Notes: generated from the sequence alone by a model not told the origin. Positions 1 through 15,384 are shown, counted from the stretch's first letter. The stretch is 64,000 nt of DNA from Octopus sinensis (GCF_006345805.1 NC_043000.1:65038001-65102000); one strand, 5' to 3'. Made by a program: numbers and translations.

Positions 1-470
1 GTCGAAAGAATCAAATTGGTAGGCTGTAAGAGCAAAAATGTACAGAGAATGGAGACAGAAAAATAAATGTCAAGATGTGTGGCCGGAAGTATTAAGTTGA
101 TAAATCAAATATATATTATTTCTAAGAAAGAAAAAAAATACGCATATGAGCATATCGGGATTTTAGTTTGTAAAATTGTTAAAATTTGTTCCTGTGTCCA
201 TAAGAGTGTAGTTACAAGTAGTACCCAAAATTATGAGAATATGCAAAATAAAGTTGAAAATATTCTCATTTCGCTTGATAAGCTGATTGCATTTCAGAAG
301 GACATAGCGTTTGAAAAAACTAAAGCTAAAGATGGTAACTTCGAAATACTCGCAATAATGTCAAGATAATTAATAGAAATAATTCTTGTTAGGTAGTTGA
401 AAAAATAGGAAGGCAATAAAAACTTTTATTTTCCAAATTAATAATAGGCTATTAAAATAAGTTTCCGGAC

Positions 471-849
471 ATCTATATTTAACATGTTCGTGTACACACA
501 AATATAAAAAGACTTACGCTGCGGTAAATGCCTGGGAAGAAAATTTTTTTTGTAAAACTGCCGTTCATAAATTTGCTGACAAAACTTAACACACACCAGC
601 AAATTTATTGTTTACTGTGTATATATAAGAGCGGTAGTTCTTAGTAGACTATGGACGATAGATTCCTTGTTGCTGATGAAACGTAACGACGCAGAAACAC
701 GCGTCCTACAATCTGATGACGTAATTCACGGCTAACTCGGCGTGTTTTTACATACATTCTCTGTAAGGAGAATTTCTCTTCCTAGATACTTAACGTCGTG
801 ATTGTCTTTCTATGTTTGAAGGTACACGGACATGTTAAAAATATAAATG
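471..849 (+). mobile_element. Short Penelope pLTR-like element with partial inverted ends, TATA-like box and hammerhead motif
   Basis: 471-513 (catctatatttaacatgttcgtgtac...aaagac) is an imperfect reverse complement of 804-849; tatataag at ~622; hammerhead motif at 667-711. Confidence 0.55.
667..711 (+). ncRNA. Minimal type-I hammerhead ribozyme motif (slightly degenerate)
   Basis: ttgttg-CTGATGA-aacgtaacgacgca-GAAAC-acgc-GTC-ctacaa; stem I ttgttg/ctacaa has 1 mismatch; palindromic ACGCGT stem III; GUC triplet; weak stem II (cgt/acg). Confidence 0.65.
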
Positions 850-1318
850 CACACAACCTTATTTTAATCATGACTGCCTAGTGTGCCTTTAACTAATAGA
901 ATTCTATAATGGGATTTGAAGCCTATTTATCAAAACTTTATTTGCTTAAAATTATCCGAAGGAAAAGAATTGGCTTCCATATCCAGCGATTGCAGATTTA
1001 AAATCAAGCCCGCATACATAACGGACATAATCGACACTGTCGGGTTGGTCAAATGGGTATTTACAGATTGGTATTAAGTTTAGCTGCGTGTTGTCCCACA
1101 ATAAGCCAACTCCGAACGTTGTTAAAATGTCATTAGTTTTTATCGAATATTATTATAGCAGAGTAGTGTGGTGTGTTAGAGACGAATGAAGTTTGCAATT
1201 CCATAACAAACAGATGGGATTAAATCACGTGAGAGGCGGGAATAATGTTCTGACCATCTTAGTTGAAGAATCTTTTTAACTCGGAGGTGAACTTCATCCA
1301 AGGAAAACTTGTCGATAT

Positions 1319-1931
1319 TATAACGAACCTAGTGTGAGTATATCTTCTCTTGTACTTTCGGGGTACAAGAAAGCAATCACTAGCCGTTGCTTTAATAATC
1401 CAGAATTCTACCAGTCAGAAACAACAAGACGCAGACGTAAATAATATATATACTACTTTATTCTCTAATGTGGTAACAGTAACAATAAGTGGTTATCTGA
1501 TGTCCTTGGTTCTGGGCGCGCAAGGCTGAAAGTTAATCGATTGTAATATTTACAATGTTCAGCCGCTAAAAACAGAACGGGTTAAAGATGGCGGCGAACA
1601 ATGGAGACGATGTTGGTCTGCAACAATTTGGTTAAAGGCCTTTTGGTAAGGTGCTGCTAGAATCAAGTCCAGACGGAGAGAAAATATTTCGTGACCGTCG
1701 CCTTCAGTCGCTGCTGTCTCAAGTCCCCGCTGACTGCTGCTAGTGGTCAAACGTTCTACGACCCCCTTGCCTTGGCTAACTACCACGTAGGCAAAAGGGT
1801 CGTGCTTCCGGTGGTTCGCGCATGCGCGAGAGGGCCCTTCCTTTCTGTGCCTTGGTGAAGGCACCAACACTCGCACGCGCGAAATAGAAAATGGACGGTG
1901 CGCGCGCGCGCACCGTTATAGGATCACTACA
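1319..1931 (-). repeat. 3' LTR
   Basis: Copy of 3477-4092; adjacent to the PPT. Confidence 0.9.
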
Positions 1932-3454
1932 AGGCTCCCCTCCAGTGCGTACGCACGAAGGAAACTTATTGTAGTGACTGCAAAACTCAAGGTGGATACC
2001 AGATAATCAAATAGCACACAATATAATAAAATGGCAAAATTTATAACATACACAAGAAATTTACTAAAGGAAAAAGAGAAAAAATACTCAATGAGCAAAA
2101 ATCAAGAGTGCATGCATGAAAGTGTATACGTCACAAAGTATAAACCCTTCCGCTGAAAGGAGCGGAGGGAAAGCAAAACTCACAGTCAATGAACCTAGGC
2201 GAAATTAAAATCCAACTTCTCTAAAGGTGGTTGATCTTGCAAAATAACAGTTAAATCAATTGCTGCAGGAGAGGAAATGGAATTGACAGAAGCTCGCTAG
2301 TAACACAAAAGGCAAAAGTGCAAACATGCTGGTGTGATGCGCGACACAGATAATTTTCTGTTAATTACGTGACCAACAGTGGTCTAACAGGGAAAAATAA
2401 TTACGCCTAAACATGGCGCAGCGCATGTGAACATCCGACTTCTATGAGTCGGGAAAAGAATTAAGCTAACGCAAACGTGTTGCAAAAAACAAGGCAATAC
2501 ACGTGCGAAGCAAAAGGCGCATGAAATGCAATAGTGCTTGCCAGACCGAAAAACAGCAATGAATATGCCAGTGGTTGAGCGATTATATGCCTCGTTCGTA
2601 CAGGAACAAAGGTATGGCATGCTGGCGCGTTATAATGGACAAACAACCCTCTCTATGTATACGTGACCCCTAGGGTCTATAGAAATGAGGGGTGTCCACA
2701 AAAGGCAAATTTAGCATGGAAAAAAAAACAAGCGAGAAAAGCATGTGTGACGTATGTATGTGAGAGATAGCATTTATGTGTGTGTACGTGTGTGCGACAG
2801 AAATACATACAAGGTGAATGCGAGCAAAAATAAATACAGCGCATAGAAAAAATGTCTCTCGGGGCTATTCCAGACAAGAGTTAATTTACCAGTCTGTAAT
2901 AGCCTGATGCACAATAGCAGTTCGTTCTGTAACAGAATGTTGAAATCACAAATGCAGATGCCGGTTGAACACAATGTGTAGCGGTTGTAGCTTCGATGCT
3001 GTGACATGTTAAATCGTTACAGAAGAATCTCGCAGATAGACGGTGCTGTTAATCCTTGGTGTGCATATGCACATACAGCGTGCACGCTAAAGTTCCGCGA
3101 GTTGCTATGTACATCTTGTGGAGGTCGACGGTGTTGAAAGGCGACGGTGGTGGTGGAAGGCGACTGTAGTGGACTTGAGACAACATCGTTCTTAGTGATG
3201 ATGGCGACGAAGATAACGACGACGTGAAGTAGAAAGACGACGATGGCGATGACGAAGGTGGAGAAAAGGCATCGAATATATGATGGCGTCCGTCATCATG
3301 GCTGTAGAATAAGAAAGAGGCTCCTTCTACAACTGTTTGTAGTGGCCGGAAACAAATCGTCGAAAGATGATGACTGCGTAGAGTTAAATCGTGTTCCGAC
3401 TTCGCAGAAAAACTGGATTTCTTTGTTGTTAAGTGATCTCCGGTTTTAGACTAG

Positions 3455-3475
3455 AATCACGTCGGGGGTCCACCA
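3455..3475 (-). promoter_or_regulatory. Primer-binding site, tRNA-Trp
   Basis: Plus-strand aatcacgtcgggggtccacca vs the tRNA-Trp 3' end AATCACGTCGGGGTCACCA (two extra bases); 1 nt from the LTR edge. Confidence 0.85.
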
Positions 3476-3476
3476 G

Positions 3477-4092
3477 TGTAACGACCTTAGTGTTGTGTGA
3501 ATATAATTCTCTTGTACTTTCGGGGTACAAGAGGCAATCACTAGCCGTTGCTTTAATAATCCAGAATTCTACCAGTCAGAAACAACAAGACGCAGACGTA
3601 AATAATATATATACTACTTTATTCTCTAATGTGGTAACAGTAACAATAAGTGGTTATCTGATGTCCTTGGTTCTGGGCGCGCAAGGCTGAAAGTTAATCG
3701 ATTGTAATATTTACAATGTTCAGCCGCTAAAAACAGAACGGGTTAAAGATGGCGGCGAACAATGGAGACGATGTTGGTCTGCAACAATTTGGTTAAAGGC
3801 CTTTTGGTAAGGTGCTGCTAGAATCAAGTCCAGACGGAGGGAAAATATTTCGTGACCGTCGCCTTCAGTCGCTGCTGTCTCAAGTCCCCGCTGACTGCTG
3901 CTAGTGGTCAAACGTTCTACGACCCCCTTGCCTTGGCTAACTACCACGTAGGCAAAAGGGTCGTGCTTCCAGTGGTTCGCGCATGCGCGAGAGGGCCCTT
4001 CCTTTCTGTGCCTTGGTGAAGGCACCAACACTCGCACGCGCGAAATAGAAAATGGACGGTGCGCGCGCGCGCACCGTTATAGGATCACTACA
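3477..4092 (-). repeat. 5' LTR
   Basis: Copy of 1319-1931; adjacent to the PBS. Confidence 0.9.
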
Positions 4093-4868
4093 ATATAAAG
4101 GGCTTGTTGCTTGTGCTTTCGAAGTACCGCTCTCTGATTTGTTTACGCCGGTTGTGCTTATATAACCACAAAAGCGCGGCTTCTACTTGTACAAAATAAA
4201 CCAAGCTTTAATATGGGGTGATATTTGAGGTTAATGAGCAGGACATATTTCGAGTTGATAAGCAGGACATATCGCCAGTCTGGTTTGGGTCTAGTTACTG
4301 AAGCTGTAAATTTTCAATTCTAGGACTTGCTACAGCACATTAGCTAAAAAGCTTTATCTATTTTAATCAAGTTTTGTACATCAGAATTTGAAGATTCTTT
4401 ACCACCCAGTAACATTAAATACAAGCGAAAATGAATGAGAGACATCTTGGCATTGAAAACAGATGTTTATCTCAAATACGTCCAAGCAGAAATGTCACTA
4501 CCAAATATGACGTTAATATTTCCTATCGATAACCTTTATTTAATACATATCTTTTAACTTTATTTGCAAAGTTCGGGAAAATATTTTTGTTTGCTTTAAA
4601 ATGTGCTGCGAGTAAAATATACTTTGGCAAAAAGTGATAAAGCTTTCTTATTAGTTCAATGCAGACCGAGCAACCGCGCAGAAAATCCTTCGTAGAGTCG
4701 TCCTTAAATTGTCTTATAACGAAGCCAATACACAGGGTTATCAACTTAGCTCATTTCTAGAAATAACTAACAGGAAAATAGTCACCTAGCGAATAAATAT
4801 AAATCCAGATAATTTTCAAAATAATGTAGTGAATTCTATCAAGTTTTTCAAATTAGTATTTTTATATA

Positions 4869-5047
4869 GGCGTAGGAGTGGCTGTGTGGTAAGTAGCTTG
4901 CTTACCAACCACATGGGTCCTGGTTCAGTCCCACTGCGTGGCACCTTCGTCAAGTGTCTTCTACTATAGCCTCGGGGCGACCAAAGCCTTGTGAGTGGAT
5001 TTGGTAGACGGACACTGAAAGAAGCCCGTCGTATATATGATATATAT

Positions 5048-5098
<51 letters not shown>

Positions 5099-5117
5099 AT
5101 ATATGTATGTATGTATG

Positions 5118-5149
<32 letters not shown>

Positions 5150-5387
5150 TGTATGTATGCATGTATGTATGTGTGTGTATGTTTGTGTGTCTGTGTTTGT
5201 CCCCCAACATCGCTTGACAACCGATGGTGGTGTGTTTACGTTCCCGTAACTTAGCGGTTCGGCAAAAGAGACCGATAGAATAAGTACTAGGCTTACAAAG
5301 TATAAGTCCTGGGGTCGATTTGCTCGACTAAAGGCGGCACTCCAGCATAGTCACAGTCAAATGACTGAAACAAGTAAAAGAGAGAGT
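4869..5387 (+). mobile_element. tRNA-derived SINE, family A (full length, internal microsatellite)
   Basis: Head ggcgtaggagtggctgtgtggtaag with A/B-box-like motifs, CORE-like ccttgggcaagt region, tail ...gactgaaacaagtaaaag; many copies in the window. Confidence 0.85.
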
Positions 5388-5952
5388 AACGAGTATAATT
5401 TCCCTTCTATGAGCAAATGACCGGCACTTTTGGAATATAATCATATTTGTTATTTTATTTAAAAATCAGCACAGTGCTTCAACTTTGTGGGAGTTATTCA
5501 CTAATTGGAGGGGAAAAGTAGTTTTTGAAGGTCAACTTACATGAGGCTATAGTTGACGAATGCGTGAACATTTCTGTGCCTATCTTTTGAAAAAATATAA
5601 TATATCTAAAATACTAAATTATATATGAGTGTAGAATAGCATAATGTAAAGCAACTGTTCTAATAAATGTAATTTGTAAGATTTGGTCATTATACTTGTT
5701 TCTGGATTGTACACTCTCTCACATACACACTCATACATACTCACATACACACGTACACACGTGAACACATACATACATAAATACATGGCAGCTGCCAACA
5801 GTATGACCATAACTGACAAATTATCTCATCCTAGATATTAAAGACAATAGCTGTCGGCAACGCCCGTGCAGAAATTAAAAGTCCGCTGTAGCTTGCACAA
5901 CATCACTACGACTCTCATTTCCAAAGCCAAGTTATTCAGAAACAAACAGAAG

Positions 5953-6012
5953 CAAGATGTTCGGTTTCGCAATGAGGTAGGTGTTATTTTGGAATTTTCT
6001 ACTCTTCAGATG
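5953..6012 (-). ncRNA. Decayed hammerhead-like motif
   Basis: Minus strand: cat-CTGAAGA-gtag...ttgc-GAAAC-cg-aac; cleavage triplet lost. Confidence 0.3.
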
Positions 6013-6519
6013 TCTGAACAAAGGCAAGGAATCTCTCACTCCTAGCTGTTGGATGGCCATTGAGTCTATTGAGTTTTTGCGTCTTTTGACAAATGTTGTT
6101 TTCCACCCTGTTGGATGTCTAACGAAAACCATCTTCCTTACCAAACAAGTTTGGTAGGGTTGTCGGTTTAGTTACTGACGGCCTGACCATGCGACAGGTT
6201 GTACTGGATTATATGTTACACGTAACACTAAGCGGGATTTGACATACATACACACATACACACTGCCTAAATACCAATCTTGAGAAATTGGGTTTCTCAA
6301 AACCAGAAAGGAGGAAGCTGATTCGAAGACTACAGATCCAAGCCATCAATGGAACTGTAAAAATCTGTAAAACTTTCCAGAAGTTTATCATTTAAGTATA
6401 TAAGAGTATATCTAGATATGCAAGTATAGTCATGAGAATACATACATAAAAAAAACATGCGATTCTGCACACATACATACATACATACATACATACATAC
6501 ATACATACATACATACATG

Positions 6520-6551
<32 letters not shown>

Positions 6552-6574
6552 CATACATTCATACATACATACCC

Positions 6575-6676
6575 TGCTGATGTTCTTGAAATTCCAGTGA
6601 AGGAGCCTTGGATCAGGGTTAGAAACCGGCTCTTTCTCTATTAGCAAGAAATTTTGAAGTAACATTGAATAATAAC
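6575..6676 (+). mobile_element. Short insert in (CATA)n with hammerhead-like motif
   Basis: GTGAAGG-agccttg-gat-cagggtt-a-GAAAC-cg-gct at 6597-6632: stem II and GAAAC-CG present, core altered. Confidence 0.35.
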
Positions 6677-6696
6677 ATACATACATAATGTGCATC

Positions 6697-7380
6697 GACA
6701 GCTCAACCAAATCACCAAGCTAACCACGTATTTACAAACAGCGGGAATTCTCTTAACTCAAAAAGTCCTGTCGCTTTGTTAGCGACCGATTTGAACTTTC
6801 TTAAGAACTTAGATAAAACTAAAAGAAAAATCATGCGCGCAACACATTTTTTGTTGATGAACTTAAAGTTATGTTGTGGCAACATGAACAACACAAAGAG
6901 ACAATTGGATCTAGTCACAACATTCTCACGAGACAGGAAGAGAGTTTGGGAAAAATAAATGTTCATACATAATAGTCAACCGAAGAAAGATTGTCGACCA
7001 TTTCTTGTACCTATCATCATAGGTGCACTAGGTTATGTACATACAAATTTACCTTTAAAAAACCCCTCGAAATATTTGATCTTTCGAAGAAAGAGCAAAA
7101 GAAACTGACGTGGATTCTCCAAATCCAATCTGTTAGCGACGCAGTAAAGTTTCATTAGACATTACAAAGATTCTTCATCTGAGATTCTTTAGACGCACAC
7201 ACTTGGCTATTCGTTGAACCGTCGATGCACACACTCAAGTGTGCGCATCAACAGCTCAACCAACACACTAACTCATCCAATTATTTGCAAATACGGGAAC
7301 TCTCTTAACTCAAAAAGCCATATCACTTTGTTAGTGACCGGCTTGAACTCTGAGAACTTCGATAAAACTCAAAGGAGAAA
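6697..7380 (+). repeat. Diverged direct repeat pair (~6697-6830 and ~7250-7380)
   Basis: acagctcaacca...ctcttaactcaaaa...ctttgttag.gaccg...gataaaact occurs twice. Confidence 0.7.
6995..7180 (+). pseudogene. 3' fragment of an RLE-type (R4/NeSL-like) non-LTR retrotransposon
   Basis: Translates RPFLVPIIIGALGYVHTNL, resembling the PIxxGALG C-terminal motif of restriction-like-endonuclease LINEs; frameshifted afterwards. Confidence 0.55.
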
Positions 7381-8155
7381 CACATACATACATACATACA
7401 TACATACATACATACATACATACATACACATACACACATACACATACACACATACACACATACATGCATACATGCATACATACATGCATACATAATGCAT
7501 ACATCCATGCATACCTACACATGCATACGTACATATATACATACATACATACATGCATACATACATGCATGCATACATATATGCATACATACATGCATAC
7601 ATACATACATACATACATACATACATACATACATACATACATACATACATACATGCATGCATGCATAAACTTTCGACATGTTCATGGTCACAAAGCGACG
7701 TATTTCAAAGATGCCAAATTTTTTGTGGTAACTTGTGATTGCGGTTTTGCAGTAGTTACAAACGATGAGACGCAGAAGTTAATTAGCTGCACGCTACAGT
7801 ACGTATATCTAATTGGTTTTTATTCGTTTCCTAACCTTCACCCAAAGTGAAATTAAACCAACTTCGTGTTTGATGTCATAAAATGTTAAATTTAGAGAAG
7901 TAAAACCTTAAAATGAAACTTAGTGTTTTTTTTTATTTATTTCTTTTTAGATGCGTGTGTCCTTTTTTGTAGTATAACCTGCCGCCTTTTTCTCCAGCAG
8001 TTAAGGTAATAAAGACTAGTTTTTCTTGCTTGCCTTAACCAAGCTACAAAAATACTTATTCGTTTACCGAGATATATATTAAAAACCATAAGAAAAACTT
8101 ATTCGTTTTCCTCTTCAAAATGTGCACAAACGATATATGTAAAAAAAAAAGATGA

Positions 8156-8225
<70 letters not shown>

Positions 8226-8338
8226 ATGTGTGTTTGTGTGTGCGTGTGTGCGTGCACTCACATAATACATACATACATAAATGCATACATTTATATATAT
8301 AATATATATACATATGTATATATATATATACACACACA

Positions 8339-8391
<53 letters not shown>

Positions 8392-9069
8392 CATATATAT
8401 ATGAATGTATGTGAGTGTGTATGTATGTATCTATGTATGTATGTATGTTTGTATGCATGTATGTATGTGTGTATATATGTATGTATATATGTATGTATAA
8501 TTCGGTTTCCAAATTGATGAAATATTTTGGAGTATCAAAAGAATCCATATCTTCTGCTGAATATCAAAAAAAAAAAAATATTAAAAAAACCCTTTATTGG
8601 ACCGGACCAATAAAATTGTTCTTGACCTTCTGAGCAGTGAAGTTTATTAATATTAATCTTATTCTGGGTACAATTTCTTTAAACGCCTTACAGACTTTTA
8701 TTTCAACTTTGAAACTTCCCCACTTCAATGCAGAAGTTTAAAGAATATTTAGTAGTATGAAGTATGATAAATCAAAGTAAAAGGGGTGAGGTGTGGGGAA
8801 CGGATAGAAGCTTCTTAATGTTATTTTATCTACAAACTTTGGTTTAATAATAAATGCTACTTCAGCTATGAATTATCCGACAAAACTTTATAAGCTATTG
8901 GAAAAATATAAATATATATTAATATAAATACAGAAATAGGCCTAAAAATCTTGAAATATTTGCAAGCAGGCCAGTCAACTTCAGCCATTGATAAGTTTTC
9001 GTAGTGCTTTCTTTTTATTATTTAAAACGTTATGTTTTTTGAAAAGAATCTGTATGTTAATTTGATGTT

Positions 9070-9218
9070 ATCTTTTACTTGTTTCAGTCTTTGGACTGTG
9101 GCTATATCGGGGTATCGCCTTGAAGGGTTACTTATTTTCAAGCTTGTCACTTTTTCCAAGTCGCTAACTCACGGCGACGAAAACAAACTAACCTGAATTG
9201 TCAAACGTTGTGGGGAAC

Positions 9219-9263
<45 letters not shown>

Positions 9264-9322
9264 ACGACAGGCTTCTTTCAATTTCCGTGTATTAAAACCA
9301 TTCAGAAAGCTTTGGTCGGCCT
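9070..9322 (-). mobile_element. SINE family A, degenerate
   Basis: ttttacttgtttcagtc...ggcttctttc...ctttggtcggcc is the reverse complement of family A. Confidence 0.7.
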
Positions 9323-9550
9323 ACAAGTATTTAATATTTTTCTTGACATTTAACATATCAATAAAATACGACTGGATTTTTTTTTATACTTCTTAATCTT
9401 ATGTACCCGACATTATATTTTGAAAAGATGCTGAACTGGAAATAACTGTCAAGCATCGAAATGTTGGCCATCGAAGTGATTTCCAATCCTGCTACTTCTC
9501 CGGAATCTGAATTCGAAAATTGTCGGTATTATTACAGGATCAAGATGTAG

Positions 9551-9917
9551 GGCAGCGAGCTGGTCGAAACGTTAGCACGTCGGGCGAAATGCTTACCGGT
9601 ATTTCGTCTGGCGCTACGTTCTGAGTTCAAATTCCGCCGAGGTCGACTTTGTCGTTCATCCTTTCGGGGTCAATGAAATAAGTACCAGTTACGCACTGGG
9701 GTCGATATAATCAACTTAATTCGTTTGTCTGTCCTTGTTTGTCCCTTCTGTGTTTAGCCCCTTGTGTGTAGTATTTCGTCCGTCTTCATGTTCTGAGTTC
9801 AAATTCTGCCGAGGTCGACTTTGCCGTTCATCCTTTCGAGGTAAATAAAATAGGTATCTGCCAAGTACTGGAGTCCCCCAAATTTCAGGCCTTGTGCCTA
9901 TAGCAGAAAGGATTATT
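9551..9917 (+). mobile_element. tRNA-derived SINE, family B (internal duplication)
   Basis: Head ggcagcgagctgg...gttagcac, B-box-like gagttcaaattcc, core gtcgactttg..ttcatcctttcggggtc; core repeated at 9770-9850. Confidence 0.8.
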
Positions 9918-9963
9918 ATAGGATTAAAAATATTCTGGAACATAGCGTTAAAAAAAAAACCTG

Positions 9964-10100
9964 CGTGGACGTGTGGTAAGAAGCTTGCTTTCTAACCACA
10001 TGGTGGCACTTTGGGCAAGTGTCTGCTACTATAACCTCGGGTTGACCAAAGCCTTGTGAGTGGATTTGGTAGATGGAAACGGAAAGAAGCCTGTCGTGTA
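9964..10100 (+). mobile_element. SINE family A, 5' half
   Basis: gtgtggtaagaagcttgc...gccttgtgagtggatttggtagatggaaac. Confidence 0.75.
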
Positions 10101-10169
10101 TATATGTTATTTAATAAATACAATGTAAATCTTAATGAGATACCATTTGTGTCATGCTATGAAAACAGA

Positions 10170-10700
10170 TCAGACAGCATTTTTCAACACATCTGGTGCT
10201 TTAGCGCAATCTTCAGGCTGTGTCCACAAAGTATAACAAGCTGAAAACAAGACGACAATATGAGAATAAAAACACAAAAGGCGAGAAGGAAGTAGATGTA
10301 AAAGGTGTAAGGTTGAAAAACCGAAAAACAAAAAAGCAAATAGAAAAAACAAAAGGTGGTGGTGGTGAGGGAGAATTAGAGTTATGACTCCTTCGACCGT
10401 GAAGCCATAAGGCTGAAAAGATGGTAGCCTAGAGTTTGTGGTACAGCTGCTCAATCCAGAGAGAAAGGTACTTTCCAATTTCGCTAACAGGAACATATTC
10501 AGATCTGAAATCCAGCGGTGCGGTACAGCTCTTAGATCTGAAAAAGATCTGTGTTCTTTCAGCTCTGCATAGCTTAAATATTTTGACCCGTTGACATATA
10601 GTGTGGACTTTTCAACTGTTTTCCACTTTATTGTATGTGTTGTGGCGTTAGACTTCAAACCCCACACGCAGCCAGCCAACTCAGTGGTTTTACTTTTGTT
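10170..10700 (-). pseudogene. Penelope-like element 3' remnant: GIY-YIG endonuclease C-terminus plus decayed hammerhead
   Basis: ORF segment KTTELAGCVWGLKSNATTHTIKWKTVEKSTLYVNGSK resembles the PLE endonuclease tail (TELSxYxWxLK...IKWKIxxxxxxY); downstream on minus, cacagc-CTGAAGA...GAAA-aat-gctgt at 10174-10221 with stem III lost. Confidence 0.7.
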
Positions 10701-10994
10701 CTGCCGAGATCGACATCGCCTTTCGTGTTCGATAGAATAATTATCAGTCAAGTACTGGGGTTGATTGAATTGACATTAAAAAATGCCGACATTGTGCCAA
10801 GATTTGAAATCATTATTAACAGAGGCATATATTAATTATGTATAATTTTTATCACCTATACTGATCGATGCGGATAGTGTAATTTAATGAAGATGCTCAC
10901 TTTGCAACCCATATAGTTCTGAGTTCGATTCCAGTGCGTGACATCATAAGCAAGTGTTTATTGTAGCCTGGAACTGACAAATGATTTGTTAGAC

Positions 10995-12900
<1,906 letters not shown>

Positions 12901-13504
12901 CGTGTTTAAAATAAATCTGATGTGTTGGCGATGTATTAGTTTCCTTCTGAGCCTGCAGCTTTGAACGAGATTCTGAATTAATTGTAATTTTAAGTTTCAC
13001 CTAGCCTGACTCAGTTTTGTGGTCACTCATCCAGTTTTCTTTTTCGAACTGAATATTCTGAGAAGGATTTTATCAGGAGTTTCAAAATTTCTTTCGAGGC
13101 CCTCCCTGCTAGTTTCCAATATATACAAATATTTTCTGAGATCCTTGGAGATTCGCTTGGTCGGACAACGATATACTCTTTGCTCACAATTCTCACAGGT
13201 CTTACCGCCGCCAACTTTCTATTTCTGTTTATCAGAACCTACTGTTTATCAATTACTGCTTTATTTTCTTAAAATATGCGTATCTATGTTTTAAACTAGA
13301 GTTTCTAGAGCCATTAAGTTTATTTCGATATAAAATACGTTCCTTGAAGTTATATGAGTTCATACGGCAATCTCATATATCAAACTGCCGTGGCGTCATA
13401 TGTATGAATGTCAATTATATATGTCTAGAAACACGAAAGAAACGCTTATGAATCTTGTATAAGATTTATCATTGTTATTGTTACTATCATAAGATTGATT
13501 AAAC

Positions 13505-13800
13505 TGACGAACTGGCAGAATCGTTTAAATATCGATGAAAAGATGTGCCTTGTAGTACTTCTTCCGGCTCTTTACATTCTAGGTTCAAATCTGGTCGGAG
13601 TCAACTTTGTCTTTCATCCCTCTTAGGAAGAAAAAATATTAAGTTCCAATGAAGTACTGGGGTCGGTGGTATCAACTAATCCATCCCCTTTAAATTGCTG
13701 GCCTTGTATCAATGAAAGCGATGAGCTGACAGAATCGTTAAAGTATCGGAAGAATGTATTTTGTGATATTTCTTCCGGCTCTTTACGTTTTGAGTTCAAA
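13505..13800 (+). mobile_element. SINE family B, two degenerate heads
   Basis: gaactggcagaatcgtt...ggttcaaat; gagctgacagaatcgtt...gagttcaaa. Confidence 0.65.
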
Positions 13801-14459
13801 TTAAATGTTCTCCTCTGATTCGTAGACCAGATTTGCGCTTATGGGATAACATTGAAAATGTGACGACAATAACACTGTGTAACACGATTTTTGATCTTGG
13901 ATAGCATCTGTTATTCCCTATTTGAAAATATGAAAAATAGCTAATATTTTCTTCAAACTTTGCTTTTGTTACATTTATTCAAACCCCAAAGAATCCTTCT
14001 CAACACATGACTATGATGCTCCCCCAATGACTATGATGCTCAGAGATGCACGTATTGTCAGCCACTAAAGGACATGCTCAAGTAGTTAAGGTCAACCAGC
14101 TCACAAGCTAATTCTGTGGCATTGAGCAGATTTGCTATAATGATATCTCTTCTTTGTCAACTCAGCGCTGAATCTATCTGAAATGTAATGGCGAATAAGT
14201 CAGTTTCAAATCATTGAAGTTCAGGTCACAAAAGCAAAGTTTGAAGGGAATAGTAGTAATTTTCTTTGATTTCTACATTGTAGTAAATACGAAATAACAC
14301 TTACTGACTAAAGATTAAAAAAAAAATAATAATATAATGAAATAAGAATTTTGCTACACAGTGTTAATTTCGATTGGCGTTCCAGATTTCTTTCCAGAAA
14401 TCCATCGCTAAATGAACCAGTATAACATAAGTAGAGAAACGAGTATGATAGTCTGCTTT

Positions 14460-15065
14460 TAACATAATTTCTTCCAAACTCAGTTCGTGCAGTTCTCGAT
14501 TATTTCTTCCTAGGCTGCTTTGATATTATTTATGGCCTTCATGATAAAGTGGTTCACCCAAAAGTCCCAGACAAGTTGTGCAACTGTTTGAAAGTGCGAT
14601 GAATGTAATGAGCCTGGATACAAGAACATTGTACCTTAGTGCAAGATATTTGCTGACAGGCTAGCTGCTTTGACAAGATTATTGATCTGATGGGTATCAA
14701 AATTCTTGGCGTGGCCTGAATTATTATTAGTCACTAATAATACCTTAGGTTAGAGATTTTCTTTTTTTCTTTTTGCAACAACTTCAAATTATCAGATGAC
14801 AAACGCATGAAAAAAACCGCTGATTTTGTTACCGAAATTTTCTAGTTTGATTCCCAAGCTACCACTGTTCTGAATAAGCTAGCAATGGGTTTAGCTTTTA
14901 ATCTCCTGAAGCTTTACCGCCACGTAATAATGTTAAATGGCCTATTCTGGCTTTGAATCTAGAAGCGGTTGTTTTTTTACTTCTCCAGCGATGGAGGTGC
15001 GACATGGTGCTTTTTTTTAAAAGTAAAAGGTCTGTTTTATCTGCATTGGATACAAGTTGAGGTGT
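14460..15065 (-). pseudogene. Tigger/pogo DDE transposase remnant
   Basis: Minus-strand peptides NADKTDL...FKARIGHLTLLRGGKASGD*KLNPLL (cf. NADETGL...FKxxKDRLTLLLGGNASGDxKLKPL), KVLLVTNNNSGH (cf. LLLLDNAPGH) and FWVNHFIMKAINNIKAA*EEI...VWKKL; stops and frameshifts present. Confidence 0.8.
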
Positions 15066-15384
15066 TGCCACGCTCGATGGTACCCTTAAGGACCTGGAAA
15101 AATTCGTTGACTGTCTGGGTATTAGTACATTCAGCTTTACAAAACATACGGACGCTGTATGGATTATGGTGTCATTTGGCTCGATCAAATCAGTCTCTGT
15201 GATCTATGAATGATCCGCCTCCTCTTTTTCCTCTTCCTCTTCCTCCTCCCCTTCTTTCTCTTCCCCCTCATCTCCCTTCTTCCTCATCATCTCTTTCTTT
15301 CTCTTTCTCTTTTCTTCCTTTGCTTTTCCTCTCCCCTTCTTCTTCTTCTTCTTCTTCTTCTTCTTCTTCCTGCTGTTGGTACCT

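Larger units (their letters stand above)
1319..4092 (-). mobile_element. Non-autonomous LTR retrotransposon (Gypsy-like, ORF-less internal region)
   Basis: Near-identical direct repeats 1319-1931 and 3477-4092 (TGTA...TACA; left one starts TATA); ATAT TSD at 1315-1318 and 4093-4096; PBS matching the tRNA-Trp 3' end at 3455-3475; polypurine tract (minus tggaggggagcct) at 1932-1944. Confidence 0.9.

Noticed and set aside
67-369. 100-aa ORF at the window start
   Set aside because: No motif recognised; AT-rich; no supported splice structure
1559-4037. Duplicated 105-aa ORFs (1559-1876, 3720-4037) as paralogous genes
   Set aside because: Both lie inside the LTRs and have no recognisable domain
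4869-4940. SINE heads as tRNA genes (also ~58600-58676)
   Set aside because: A/B boxes are present but there is no full cloverleaf, and they continue into multi-copy SINE bodies
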